From a virus (lineage: Duplodnaviria > Caudoviricetes), in the IMG/VR virus record IMGVR_UViG_3300033074_000233, positions 151,993 through 215,992 of that record: DNA of 64,000 bases; one strand, 5' to 3'. A model generated the notes under the pieces. The model ran no database searches. It worked only from the letters and a program-made list of their open reading frames with translations, and was not told the DNA's origin. The first letter of the stretch is position 1; each line of letters opens with the position of its first letter. Both the position numbers and the translations under genes were made by a program. This document shows positions 9,889 through 21,915 of this stretch, in pieces.

Positions 9889-10827
9889 ATGGTTAACCTC
9901 AAACTGGTACAGGTTACGGATGACGTGGACTTCGTGTCTACGGAATTGCTGGAGGCTTGTGAGGAGGGCGAAGTGTCGTATATCGTCCAGGCCCACACAA
10001 CCGGTGAAGTCCTTGTATGGTGTGCTGCTGGTCCAGAAGGCGAACTGCTTGAAGTGGACGAGGAAGACGCGGTACCGTATATCGCCAAAGCCCTGTTCCC
10101 GAACTAATTACAACCCAAACCCTACGTTAGGAGATAGACATGAACCGTGTACAATCATTCATCCTTGGCGCAGTCCTCACGGGTTTCGTTGCGTTGGCTT
10201 TCACTGCACACGAAGTCAATGAGGAAACGCATCGCCTGATGGTATTCAAGGAAGTAGGCACGATGCTTCTGCAAGGCCAGAATGAAACGGAAATCATTAT
10301 GAATGTGAAGTCCACGACGGACCTCAACGAAGTACGCGCAGCCTTCAACTACTACAAGGAGTCAACGAAATGAAAACCCTCTGGATGGTGAAGCATAAGG
10401 CTTCTGGTACCTTCGAGACCCAACCGAAAGCAACGGCGAAAGCCGCGTGGGAAGAGTTCTGGTTCAAGATGGAACGCCTGAACCTGCACAAGAAAGCGGC
10501 CGAGCAAGACTACGACGCCGTTGAAGTAACGGTAGCGGAAACTGGTTCTACTTGCAACAACAACGAGTGGTGAATATCATGGTAAACGCTGGCAAACTCG
10601 ATTCCTTCATGCAGCACTATGCACAGGCTCTGCACAAGGCCGTAGCCGAACACAACGCGGAATACGGATATCCGGTTGAGCACGTTCCCGTTGTTGTGAA
10701 AAAGATGAAACTGGCTATCGAAAATGGTTCATACAACCATGACGGTCGCGGATTCAAGGGCGCATGTAAGGCGCTCGGTATCAAGTACACCAAGAAAGCA
10801 ATCGAAGAATACCTGGAGAGGAAGTAA
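9889..10827 (+). other. four small early genes (9889-10107, 10140-10373, 10370-10573, about 10579-10827)
   Basis: Strong GGAG RBSs and overlaps directly after the promoter. Confidence 0.65.
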
Positions 10828-10829
10828 CC

Positions 10830-11471
10830 ATGGCTCGTACAAAAACCCAGTTCGACCGCGTTATGGAAGACCTGTCATCAAAAGTTCGCGCTGCTCTCGG
10901 CGTGTTGATCGGCACCAACACAGCCGTATACGTTGCACCTGCTGACGTAGCCGAGCACATTCTTTCTCCATACAATGGCTTGTCAGAAGACGAACGTGAG
11001 GAAGTGGTCAAGCGCGTAGGTGCGTTGCTTTCCACAATGTCGCGCAAGGGCAACTGCGACATTTACCGCACCGATCACAAGATTCAACCCAAGGCTATCA
11101 ATCGCAAAGCGCAGTACGGCTATCGTATCGGTCCTGTGCTCACTCCTATTCGCACTACCGAGGTGCGACTTCAGGAGAAGATGACGGCTGACATGGTTGC
11201 ATCGGCTACTGAGGATCCGATTGCTTTCCTGCTGTCGATCAAAGCCCAGTTGCCGTTGTTGAAACTGAACGCTCTGATGGTTGAGATTTGCGGTGAGATT
11301 CAGAACCGTGTCATGGAACAACACGTCGCCATGTCCCAGTTGGACAAGCGCATGAAAGAACTGTCAGAAGACTTCAAGAGTTTGTCAGGAGTAGCCAATG
11401 AAGAAGAAGAGGAGCCGATTCAAGAGCAAGAGTCAATACAAGGACGAGGCAAGAAGAAAGCAAGAGGCTGA
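10830..11471 (+). CDS. putative winged-helix DNA-binding protein with coiled-coil tail
   Basis: VAPADVAEHI...VKRVGALLSTMSRKG..IYR pattern. Confidence 0.5.
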   Translation: MARTKTQFDRVMEDLSSKVRAALGVLIGTNTAVYVAPADVAEHILSPYNGLSEDEREEVVKRVGALLSTMSRKGNCDIYRTDHKIQPKAINRKAQYGYRIGPVLTPIRTTEVRLQEKMTADMVASATEDPIAFLLSIKAQLPLLKLNALMVEICGEIQNRVMEQHVAMSQLDKRMKELSEDFKSLSGVANEEEEEPIQEQESIQGRGKKKARG

Positions 11472-11799
11472 GGCGCTGGCCCGACAGACACAACGTCGCC
11501 TAGATCGCCTTGTTCCTGACAAAGAGGTCAAGACCAAGACGTTCGATGTGTACAAGCCCAAGGCTGTATGGCGTCCTGAACCTCAGAGCATAAAGTCAAA
11601 GCGTAAGGGCGTTGAGCCTGTGCGTAAGCACGCCAAGACTGTAAAGTATGAGGGTGAGATGGCGCAGCGCGAAAGCGCAGCCCAAGAGGAAGTAGAAGCC
11701 AAGAAAAAGCGTATTGCGCCTATGTACAACAAGGGGGCATACATGCTGATAACTGACGGAACTGATCCAAAAGAAATTGGCCGCAAGAACCCACTTTAG
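11398..11799 (+). CDS. basic conserved phage protein
   Basis: C-terminal IAPMYNKGAYMLI motif recalled from myovirus hypotheticals. Confidence 0.6.
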   Translation: MKKKRSRFKSKSQYKDEARRKQEAEALARQTQRRLDRLVPDKEVKTKTFDVYKPKAVWRPEPQSIKSKRKGVEPVRKHAKTVKYEGEMAQRESAAQEEVEAKKKRIAPMYNKGAYMLITDGTDPKEIGRKNPL

Positions 11800-11815
11800 A
11801 TAAGAGGTAATAGAC

Positions 11816-12364
11816 ATGACTACCGAAACCAAAGTAAACTTCAACATCACCAACTGGGCTGACGAGTTCTGGTCGTTTACCGAACGCAGGGACAAGCAGG
11901 GCGAGCCGCTTCCGATCACCGAAGCCCAGCGCGTGGGCTTCTGTCTGAACGATGCAATCGGCATGATTGAAGGTATCCCGGAAGACTTCGGTTACGCGAT
12001 TGCCGAAAAACGTGCAAAGTCCTGTGGCCTGAAGTGTACGCCCGGCTTCCTTGTTTGCATTGCGTCGATTGCGAACACTCCGGGCGAGATCGTTATGTTT
12101 ATCCATGCGTTTCGCCACGAGCAGGACGCAAGCAACGCTGTCGGTGAGGCCACCGAACTCCTGAAGCGTGGCTACAACGCGGCTGACTTCTTTCACCTCA
12201 CCAAGAACGTCACGCCCAGCAAGGACCACATGCACAAGATGTGGGACGCGCAGAAGGGTGGTCCGCAGTCTCGCGTTGACAACTGGCTGGACTTCCTCGC
12301 TACGGAGCCGCGCTTCATCAAGGCTATTCGTGACGGCTACTGCGAAATGCCGGAGTTGTTGTGA
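11816..12364 (+). CDS. hypothetical protein
   Basis: GAGG RBS, strongly biased codons. Confidence 0.7.
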   Translation: MTTETKVNFNITNWADEFWSFTERRDKQGEPLPITEAQRVGFCLNDAIGMIEGIPEDFGYAIAEKRAKSCGLKCTPGFLVCIASIANTPGEIVMFIHAFRHEQDASNAVGEATELLKRGYNAADFFHLTKNVTPSKDHMHKMWDAQKGGPQSRVDNWLDFLATEPRFIKAIRDGYCEMPELL

Positions 12365-12365
12365 T

Positions 12366-12563
12366 ATGAAAAAGCAAACGAACTACCAAGTGATAGCGAC
12401 CAAGAGTCTTAAAGACTTGCACTTGGAGGTAGAGATCGCTATGAAAGAAGGCTGGGAATGCACGGGCGGTGTCTGTGCTGTTGATACCTCACCGAAGTCC
12501 TTTCCCAGTGTTGATTTGTCCTATCACCAAGCGATGGTGATGTATTCGGATTACGGAGACTGA
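12366..12563 (+). CDS. DUF1737-like protein
   Basis: YQVI...EV..AMKEGWECTGGV...YHQAMV. Confidence 0.65.
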   Translation: MKKQTNYQVIATKSLKDLHLEVEIAMKEGWECTGGVCAVDTSPKSFPSVDLSYHQAMVMYSDYGD

Positions 12564-12565
12564 CC

Positions 12566-14478
12566 ATGAAACGCAACCTCGCAGTAAGCGCCGTGTGCCT
12601 TCTGGACACGATTGACGTAAACGTCAACAACCTCAACCTGACTGATGCCGAGTTCCGCGAGTTCGTTTGCAACAGCATGATCGCCGTGCGCAACGAGTTC
12701 GAGGCCGCTGCTATGCAGGCAAACGGTTTGACCAGAAAAGATTTGCCTGAGCGCCTGTACGCTCTCAGCAACCTCACGTAAGGAGAACAAGATGGACCAT
12801 CATACTTTCTGGGCATATGTTTCGGTAGGTGCCGCAAGTATTTCGGTGCTCAGTGTAGTTTGGATGATAGTGAAGGCTTATTACTATAACAGGCCTGCTA
12901 TCTATAAGTGGAACGCTGAAAAGAAAAAATGGGAGTAAAAGAAATGCTGAATCACATTCACGCTCAGGTTTTCATCGAGACCTTCCTGTACACCTTCTTC
13001 AAGCGAAAGATGAACTTGGCTATCGGCCAAAGTAGCAGCGACATTTACATCGTGGATCAGGTGAACACCCTTCGTAACGAAGGTCGTAAGGATGCTTTCA
13101 CCAATTTCAGTTTCACGATTGGTGCAAACTTCCGACAGGACGAACAGAAGTTTGCACGGGAAATCGTGGACATGCTCATGACGGCACTGAACGATAACTT
13201 CGATGAGGCCAATATTGGGATTGACTGGACTGACTGGACAGGTCATGAAGGTTTTTACCAGCACGGTTTTCCCGAGTGTCGTCTTTGCGTAAACGTGTAC
13301 TGAGGAGAACAACATGGCTGAGCACAAAATCTACTGCCGCGTTATCGGTACCAACAGCATCACCGGTACTATCGCTGTAGCCAGCAAAATGATCGACTGC
13401 TCTACAGGTGGTTCCATTGAACAGGGCGACTACATCGTCATCAAGTGCAACAAGGTTGATGAGGACTACGCCTCTATTCAACTGGACCTGTTGAACGCTC
13501 TGGAATACTTCAACCTGAATAGTATCCAGATTCAGGACATGCGTGGAAAGATTCTCCACGTGAAGAACAACCCGGCGCCCCGTGTGGTGTTCCATGAAGG
13601 GCCCGGCTGAAACGGAAGACGCGCTCTCCAAGGACTTGGTAGAGCGTGTAGTACAAAACATGGATACTCTTAGTGCCCACGAAAGACTGGAAGTGATGAA
13701 AGCCTTCTGTCCTAAGTGTGGCGCAAAGTTTCTATATCACAAAGGCAGGAAAGAAACCTGCTATCACAATCCTTCTGACTGAGGGCATCATGGAAATCGT
13801 AACCTGGACGCAGTTGCGCGAAGCAATCGTGGAGCGTTCCATCAACGAGCGCGAAGAAAGAAATCAACTTGAGGCAATGGAGGGCTGGAAAGACGACGGC
13901 TACTCTGTGGAGTGGACTGCCAAGCGCATGGGCTACTGTGATGCTATCGAAGAAGAAAAGATCTTCTATATCTACTGGCGTGACGGTAGGAAGCAGCAAG
14001 TAGTAGGCCATGACATTGCTGATGCCTTCTCCAAAGCAGGCTATGGCGGTGGGGCGATCAACGCCATAGACTTCTACAAACAAGGCGTAGACAACTACGA
14101 GTGGAACTCTGAACAACGTACTTGGTTGGAGGTAGAGCCGTGAGCAACTGTAAGTATATCATCATGGAAGAATACTACACCGGAATCACGACGTTGGATT
14201 CCTTCCCTTTCATCTTCCCTAGTGTTATTAGCCACGATCTAGAGGCCCATCGTCGAGGCTATCCTGAACGTAAGGTGATTGCTGCTGGCTTCTGTTGTCC
14301 TGCAGATATGGCGATAAATCCAATCGTCATTGATGGTGTGGAACATCGTAAAGAGGAAGACAAACTCACAGGCCGTATTCACACCTTACGTTGGATATGC
14401 TGGGGTCGGTCGGACTCTCTTGGTATAGCAACACGCGGTGATGTGGACGCACAGATACTTAACAAGTTCTTTCGGTAA
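12566..14478 (+). other. run of small hypothetical CDSs (12566-12781, 12929-13303, 13314-13610, 13790-14143, 14140-14478)
   Basis: RBSs and overlaps; 14140-14478 is paralogous to 23284-23547. Confidence 0.6.
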
Positions 14479-14490
14479 CACGGAGACACT

Positions 14491-15159
14491 ATGAACGAAC
14501 TACAAACCACAAGTACAAACTCGGGAATTGAGGTTGAGGTAGTTATCAATGACAACCTTCCCTCGGTAGACGTTGTACCGATTGACGAACGAGTAGAAGC
14601 CCACTGGAAAACGGAGTCTGGCCTGTATGCAGTCGCCTACCGACAGCCTATGGGCCACCTGTGTGGATACGTGAGCGTTCCTTGCTTTCATCCGTTGTAC
14701 GGAGTGTTCGCAAGTGACAAGACAATCTATCTTCCACGCAGGCCTGAACCTGTCGTGGGTTCGTTCTGGATTCGGTTGATCGCTTGGTTCAAGAGTTTGT
14801 TCGCCGAGCGTATTCCGCAGTCGCCTGAAGAAGCGTTCGACGTACACGGTGGAATCACTTGGTCCGAAGGTTCACAGACGCACCCTGTCGCGTCTGACCG
14901 CGTCTGGTGGTTCGGATTCGACTGTGCCCATTATTGCGACGCGCCTGACCTGACTATGGTGTCTCCGAACATGGCCCAGTTGATGGGACGAATATACCGA
15001 CAAGGTACCGTGCGAACGCTGGACTTCGTTCTGCATGACCAGCAGACCTGGGAACAGGCTATGCAAGGTGAAATGCGCGTAGTGTTCCGCGACGGCCAGA
15101 TGTACAACGTCCAGTCGCTCGCAGACATTCGTGCTCGCCTCGCTGCCGAACTGGTGTAA
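14491..15159 (+). CDS. phage hypothetical (HGGITW..WWFGFDCAH) fused to a NAMPT/NadV C-terminal remnant
   Basis: LCGYV, VHGGITWS, WWFGFDCAH, then LHDQQTWEQ..GEMRVVFRDG..SLADIRARL. Confidence 0.7.
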   Translation: MNELQTTSTNSGIEVEVVINDNLPSVDVVPIDERVEAHWKTESGLYAVAYRQPMGHLCGYVSVPCFHPLYGVFASDKTIYLPRRPEPVVGSFWIRLIAWFKSLFAERIPQSPEEAFDVHGGITWSEGSQTHPVASDRVWWFGFDCAHYCDAPDLTMVSPNMAQLMGRIYRQGTVRTLDFVLHDQQTWEQAMQGEMRVVFRDGQMYNVQSLADIRARLAAELV

Positions 15160-15166
15160 GTAAAAC

Positions 15167-15197
15167 GACAGGGCCTGGACTATGTCTGGGCCCTGTC
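15167..15197 (+). terminator. strong stem-loop (terminator-like, no U tract)
   Basis: GACAGGGCCTGGAC-TAT-GTCTGGGCCCTGTC. Confidence 0.55.
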
Positions 15198-15826
15198 CCA
15201 CTTGGGAGAAAGGAAATGTTTGTACACTACGTCTTAATTCTTACCTTGTTGTCCTCAACTTCTCAGACAGGCAATTCTATATCTCAGATGGAGTTTGATT
15301 CTAGACAGTCCTGTTTGACCGCACGGGCTTTTTGGATAGAGCAAGTATTCATTGCAAAGAAAAGCGGATCGTACTATGGTTATCCCGTTGCTGTGTGCGT
15401 TCCTAAGTAAGGAGAACGAAAATGGATAGGCCATTTAGAGAACATGAACTCAACCTGATTAAAGGCTTGTTGCCTGCACACTTCTACCACTCAATCGTTA
15501 GGATGAACAAGCACCCAGAGGAAATAGCACAACTGAAAAAGCGTATAGAGGAACTGGAGAACCCTGTTGTCTTTCGCTTCCGTGAGCATAGGGGTTCGCT
15601 AGAGGATTCTCTTGCCACGGAAAAGGTCCTTACTTCCAATAGCAAGGACGTCTTGATAGACTGCATTAAGGAGATACTAAATACCTATCCTATTGATGTA
15701 GACGAGGCGAAAGTGACGATTGAGCCTTACACTAAAGGCGGACGCACCTTTGGGTGGAAGGATACCTACATAGTGTCCTTACGTTTCTACGGTGTCATAG
15801 GCTTCACGAACTACATGCCCGTGTAG

Positions 15827-15966
15827 AGCAAACTTTTGACTGCTCTCAGGGCACCCTAGAAAGGAGCTGGGTTTGCATCGTAAAAGGCCCTGTTTGCAGA
15901 GGGTCTCAGGACGTGCTATAATGACAGCGCAAGACTACACGCTAGAATCATCATCAAAAGTTTGCT
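15827..15966. repeat. 13-bp perfect inverted repeat flanking a promoter (cassette 2)
   Basis: AGCAAACTTTTGA 15827-15839 and TCAAAAGTTTGCT 15954-15966, same sequence as cassette 1. Confidence 0.9.
15894..15922 (+). promoter_or_regulatory. sigma70-type early promoter
   Basis: TTGCAG-17 bp-TATAAT with extended -10 TG. Confidence 0.85.
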
Positions 15967-15980
15967 GAAGGAGAATAGAC

Positions 15981-16256
15981 ATGCTTATAAGAAGGCAAAG
16001 TCGGATGAGTGGTAAGTGGCATGAATGCGAAATGCCTATTACCAACACGCAGGCTGAGGACTACCTCAGCGGCGCACTGATTCAGGATGCTTTTCCGAAT
16101 CTCTCGGATAGCCAGCGCGAGTTTATACTCACTGGCATTACGCCTATCGAATGGGCCAAGACGTTTGGCAAACCCGTAGAACAAGGTGCCGACGAGTACA
16201 AGCCCTGCGAGGCACCCGTTCTTAACTTCACATCCGTAACTACTGGTCGGAGTTGA
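15981..16256 (+). CDS. conserved phage hypothetical
   Basis: LIQDAFPNLS..QREFILTGITP.EW motif; AAGGAG RBS. Confidence 0.7.
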   Translation: MLIRRQSRMSGKWHECEMPITNTQAEDYLSGALIQDAFPNLSDSQREFILTGITPIEWAKTFGKPVEQGADEYKPCEAPVLNFTSVTTGRS

Positions 16257-16258
16257 AC

Positions 16259-16546
16259 ATGGCCAAGACAAAAATCGAGTACAACGAGCTGGTCCTCAAG
16301 GTTGACGAAGACGACCGCATCCTGTTCGCGGAGTTCACGTCCAGCAACCTGTCCGTCCTGGCTTACGACATTACCAACAAGCAGGTCATCGCGGTGTTCA
16401 AGAACAACCCGGACAAACGGTACTTCTACAACGACGTACCGGCCAAGACCTTCTTCGAGGTCATGAGTGCCAAGAGCGTTGGCTCGGCGTTCAGCAAGTT
16501 GATAGTGAAAGGCGATTTTGCTTTTTATGACGAGGCCAACAAGTAA
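16259..16546 (+). CDS. KTSC domain protein
   Basis: SSNLSVLAYD....V.FKN..RYFYNDVP..F..MSA.SVGSAF. Confidence 0.88.
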   Translation: MAKTKIEYNELVLKVDEDDRILFAEFTSSNLSVLAYDITNKQVIAVFKNNPDKRYFYNDVPAKTFFEVMSAKSVGSAFSKLIVKGDFAFYDEANK

Positions 16547-16556
16547 GGAGTAAGCC

Positions 16557-19500
16557 ATGAACGAAGAAACTCGCAGGCTCTGGAACAATGCGAATGAGGC
16601 AATCAAACGCTACGCTAGGGCAGAGTACCACAGCCGTGCCGAGGCGGAAGCCGAGCAGGACATGGTCCGAGCGAAAGCCGAGTTCGAGGAACACCTGAAC
16701 CGTTTGTGCAACAACCAGTCAACGTCAGAACCGGAGTCGCCGCATTGGGCGGCTCCCTCAGATTAAAGGAGTAGGCAATGAAAGATGAAGTAGTACGGAT
16801 GCTCGCGGTATTCTTCGCACACGTCCGATGTGACCTGCACTGTTTCAAGAGTTTGCTGATTCATGCTCCTCATGATGTTGAAACCAAGTTGGTTATCCGT
16901 GAGGGCAAGGACTGGAAGTCGTCCAAAGTCCTGTTGATCCTTTCAGTGCAAGGCTCGCTGTTGAAAGGCGATCTGAAAATCTGGAAGTGCTTCTACAACC
17001 CACACAACGTAAACGAGTTCGACAATCCGATAGACTGGCACAAGCATAGAACCTACAAAGTACCCAAGTAAACGGAGTAATAGACATGACTACAAGAAAA
17101 AAGCCTAAGAAAGACTTGTTAAGTCTTCTGGACCAGTACGTGGATACGCGCATTAAGTTGGCAAAGGCTAAAGAACAAGGTCTCAGTGGTCTGGAAGAAA
17201 GACAAGCCAACGAGGCAAGAGAAAGGCTTGAGGCCTATGTGAAAGAAAACGGTTGGAAACTTAAGGAGTAATAGACATGATTAAGTTCCTGAATCCGCAC
17301 GATGCCGTGATCCTCAGTGAGTTGATCGCGCACGGTGAAAACACTTTCGGCGCTGCTGACTTCTGGACCAAGCGCGGTATGCTCGGTCCGTTGATCCGCA
17401 ATGCGCTGCTGATGCCGCATGTCGAGGTGACGATCAGCACTCGCATCGGTGGTCGTCACGATCATCTGGAAAGCGGTAACGTGTACTTGCCGAAGGAGAT
17501 CGACTTCGTTTGGCATGCCATTGATCGTAATGAAGGTGAAGCCTCGTTGTGCAAAGCAACCTTCAACGACTGGTTGAAGTTTGACGAAGAAGACGCCCGC
17601 AAGGAAAAGCGCCGCATGATGAACGGTGGCTGGGTCAATCATGGCAGCGACAACGCACCTGACTGGGGTTCGCACACATGAAAAACCAAGTCTTGGACGA
17701 AGAAATTTTGTCGGACGATTACCCGGTGTACGCAGACTACTGGTACGTTGCGGATGGTAAGCCCGTAAGAAGCGATTGGCACGGTATCACAGTTCGCCAG
17801 TTGAAGCACTACTTGAAAGCCGAGGAAATAAGGCGCTGCGACATAGTTGGACGTACAGCAAGTGCCGGTTCTCCTCCTACGAGGTTGCCATGAAAAAAGA
17901 ACTGGTCGCTGAGACACTCGGACATTGCCAGTACGCCCTGAGCGTTCACAGAGTTAAACGTGATGCCTCCGGTCGTAGGGCTTTCCAGCACCACATGTAC
18001 TACGATGTGATCGTTAATGGTGACATAAAACACTCGGGCTTGTCGGCTGAGGACACTATAGTCCATCTGACGGCTACGATCAATAGTTTGACCAACGCAA
18101 TGGGCAAAGCAGGAGTTAAAGTACCATGAAAAAGATTAAGCCGAAAGCCGCCTTGAAGAAGGGCGAAGCGAAAGCAAAGAAGAAAGCGGGCTTCACGATC
18201 AGCGCACAAGAGAAAGCCTGCGCTGAGGTAGTTGGAGATTTGTGGGAAATGATTGAAGACGACGACGGTGATGGTGTCAACTGGGGTGACGTTGAAGCAT
18301 GTATGAAAAATCGAGGAGTATCCAAAGAATTTTTGCGAGAAATCATCAATAGACGGGCTATTGAAGAAATGTCTCGCAGAGATAAGGCTATTGCCTCACT
18401 GAAAGCAGCGTATAACAAGTTGCCCAAGCACCTCAAAGAAATCCTTGACAACATGGACAGCGACGATATGTGCGAAGCAATTTGTAACGGGGAGAGTTAA
18501 GTTATGAACAGGGACGAGGTAATTCAGAGCATTCGTGACACAGGGCGGATTCCTGCAAAGGAAATCTGTCCGTTTCGCGTTGAATGCGCCATCGCTCAAG
18601 GCGGCGTTTGCGAACATATGGGGCACCAGCACACTGTTCCATACTCTTGTGGTGCAGCGCGTTCGTTCCCAGAGATTCTCAGGAGAGAGAAATGAAGGCA
18701 GAGACTCAAGAAGAAAAGATACAAGCAGCGCGAGACTACATGGCCCGACCTTTCACTCCTAAGGAACGGGGTGAACTCGAAGGCCTGATTCCCGATCACG
18801 TGATTACGCTGCTGGAAAAGCCTTCAGGAGAAGGTCGTAAGTGGATCGGTGACAACATGCGTATGGCAGATGAGCGCGTCGGTCGTATATCCTGGCTTGT
18901 CGTAGGCATTGTGGTCATTGGTTTCGCAACGAGCATAGCATTGCCTCTTATCTTTGGCCACAGGTTGGACCTTTCCAACTACGGCAATATGCTTGTGGCC
19001 ACAATGATTGCCTTCATGCAATATGCCATGGAATCTCGGTACTACCAGAACAGGTACCTACGTCTTCTTGCTGCTCTTAACGGCTATCTGTTCGTTATGT
19101 CACAGCGTAGAGGCGACTGGCTGGACCTTCGTCTGGACGCAAACCGTGACAGACAGTTGGACTTTGTTCAGGAGATTGACGCTGCCTTCAAAGTGTTTGC
19201 TGATAAGGTAAATGCTTTGCCTGACTCAGAGACTACTCTCATGTTGAAAGAGGAAATGAAATCAATTTACGATACGACTGCAAATCCTCCAGCAACTCCT
19301 GAACCTGAAATCCGTATCATCAAAACTGACCAGCAAGAAGCCGAACTCAAGGCTTAGGAGACCAGCATGAAAAAGCCAACAGGTATTCGCTTGGTGTCGA
19401 TTGCCAGAGCGCGCAAACTGAAACGTAAAGGTGTTCCCGTTTGGTGGAGTGTCCAGCACAGTTCGTTTGTGTGGGGTCCGACCACGTTTGATAATTTCAC

Positions 19501-21915
19501 GCGCTTGGTAGTTAAAGGCGCGCGTCAACAACTGTTCAACGTCTTGAAACACTACGTTCCTGTTTGCACCAACAACATAAAGGACTACTACGCACGATGG
19601 GCAGTTGAAGAAGCCATTGACGACTGCGCCCTTGAAACATGGATGTACGATGAATACAAATGGCGTCAAAAGGGATGGGTCAAATGAACATACCGTCGTT
19701 TCCCAAAAGCCGCATCGACCGTTTCGAGCGTGAGTACTGGTCGCAAGTGAAAGGCAGTATGCGATACGGTCAAGCGTTCCATTCGTACTTGGGGCTGGAG
19801 AAACTTTCCATAGACAAGTACACGGACGGCAAGTTCTCCGACGAGAAAATCTGGCTGGATCGACTGTACAACGCGGACGACGCAATAGCCAAGAAAATGA
19901 TTGAAGGTCGTACTGACTACGACAACTGAGGATAACAACATGGCCCCAGCAACAACAGTAGCAGTAAAAGCCGCGTATCTGGTATATGCGGTTACGTTTG
20001 GCACCGATACACGCACACCGAATCTTACCTACTTCAAGCAGCCCAGCATGGAAGTATGTCAGGAATCTGTGAAGGCTGCGAAAGTTGAAGTAGCAAAGAG
20101 TGGTGATGCGGAGACTACGGTTTCCGTGTTCTGTTCCGAAACGCGCGGCTCGAACTGAGGATACCATTGTGGAAATCCACATTAAAGAACTGACACCCCA
20201 GATGAAGTTTGTGATAAGACAGCAACTCCTGACTATTAAGGAAGTAGTAGACTACGCGAGGACGCATGACGTTGAGGAGATGGACGTTGACGCGCTGGAA
20301 GCCCTGTGTGACAAAGTAGAGTCCTCGACCAAGTATCTTTCTGGTTTTCTGGACGCTCTTGCCGAGGTGAGTGCTGACCTACAAAAGGACCCAGTATACA
20401 TCGAGGGCTCTAACGCAGTAGATGCGGCGCTTGATCTGGCCGAAGAAATGATACACGGTTAAACACAAACTAAAGGTGATGAAAATGGACAATGTAAAAG
20501 TAATGACCTCGAACTATATTGGCAACATCGTCAACAACGAGATTCAGGTGACCTTTCCTGGTATGGGAAACTTCAACTCGTTTGTGCTTGGCCTGTGCGC
20601 ACACGTCCTCATGTTTACCAGCAAGACTTCTCCGTTGTACGTTGATCCACAAATCAACGAGGAAAACTTCCACGTAGAGCCGACGAAACGGGCTTACGAG
20701 CGTCTCGGCCTCGGCGTCAAGACTACTGAATGTGGTTGGTCCAACGTGTGGATCAATCATGCGTTGCTGATTCAGAAGTTTGTAGAATCCTCGGCTCAGC
20801 GTCAGTTGTACCTCGATCATGAAAGCCGTATTGCTGCAAAGCAGGCGCTGACCTGTTTCGGTGCTTGGCGGAAATCCAACATAGAGGCTATCCAACGTAA
20901 GCGTGGTGAACGGTTTGGTAGCGCAACCGGCTGGCAGACGAATAATCCGCTGGAGTTCATCTACGCGCTTGAGGACAAGCACTACGAAATGTGGGAGTTC
21001 GACAACAAGATTTTCAACGGACGTATGGCTCTCCGCATCACGGACCGTGAGGATCGCCAGTATGTTTCGTACTACGACGGCATCAACGATTTCGTTAAGC
21101 GCGAACGTCGCAACGGTCGTTTCTTCAAGAGTATTGTTCACATAAACCGATACAACATGGAAACGGGAGTTGGAGGTCACGCTGTTAGTGCCAGAACTCT
21201 GGAACACGCTTTCAATGAGGAGAAAGCCAAGGACAAGTACTGGTTGGAAAACGAGACCGAGACGTTTGAGGATTGCTTCTGCAACTATCACCGCGAGGAA
21301 GTGTGATATGAAAGTTTCTATCTATGTAAAGCGTGATAGGGAAAGCGTAGATGTTGGTAGGAAGTCTACGCACAAGTGTATCTTTAAGGCTCTGGACCTT
21401 CCGTTCATTCCACGTATCGGAGATCAGGTAGTAGTACGTGAGGGCTTCTGCACTGAGACTGTTGAGGAAGTAATCTACTCAATACATTCAAACCATATAC
21501 AGATATACGTGGCTGGCTATGACAGAGACAACGAGTATCCTGAGGTGACCTAATGGCAGTCATAATCAACAAGCGTCGGGTAGAAGGATACTGGAATACT
21601 AAGGACAACAAGTACCCGTATTATCCGAGGCCCGTTCGACACAACAAGAAGTGGAAGAAGTCCGAGTTCGTTGCTCGTCTCAAGGTTGTGCAGAACGACC
21701 TCGATGGAAAGACCAGTCAGGGATTCATGAAGGGCTGGAGCACCTGTCGAGTATGCCAAGCCAAGTGCGGCAGTAGTGAGTTTGCTCGTGGCAAGTACGA
21801 CTGGCCTGACGGTCTTGTCCACTACATCACCAAACACGGAGTGAAGCCCTCGGATGACTTCATCGAGTTCATCAACGCGGAATACCTCAAGATAACCAAA
21901 GGAGAATTACAATGA
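16557..21915 (+). other. about 15 small or medium hypothetical early genes (incl. 17277-17681, 18126-18500, TM protein 18693-19357, 20476-21306, 21553-21915)
   Basis: Continuous + strand ORF tiling with RBSs and ATGA overlaps. Confidence 0.6.

Noticed and set aside
16845-16857. TCAAGAGTTTGCT, one mismatch from the promoter IR arm
   Set aside because: Lies inside a CDS encoding FKSL, has no partner arm, and similar strings recur at other FKSL codons
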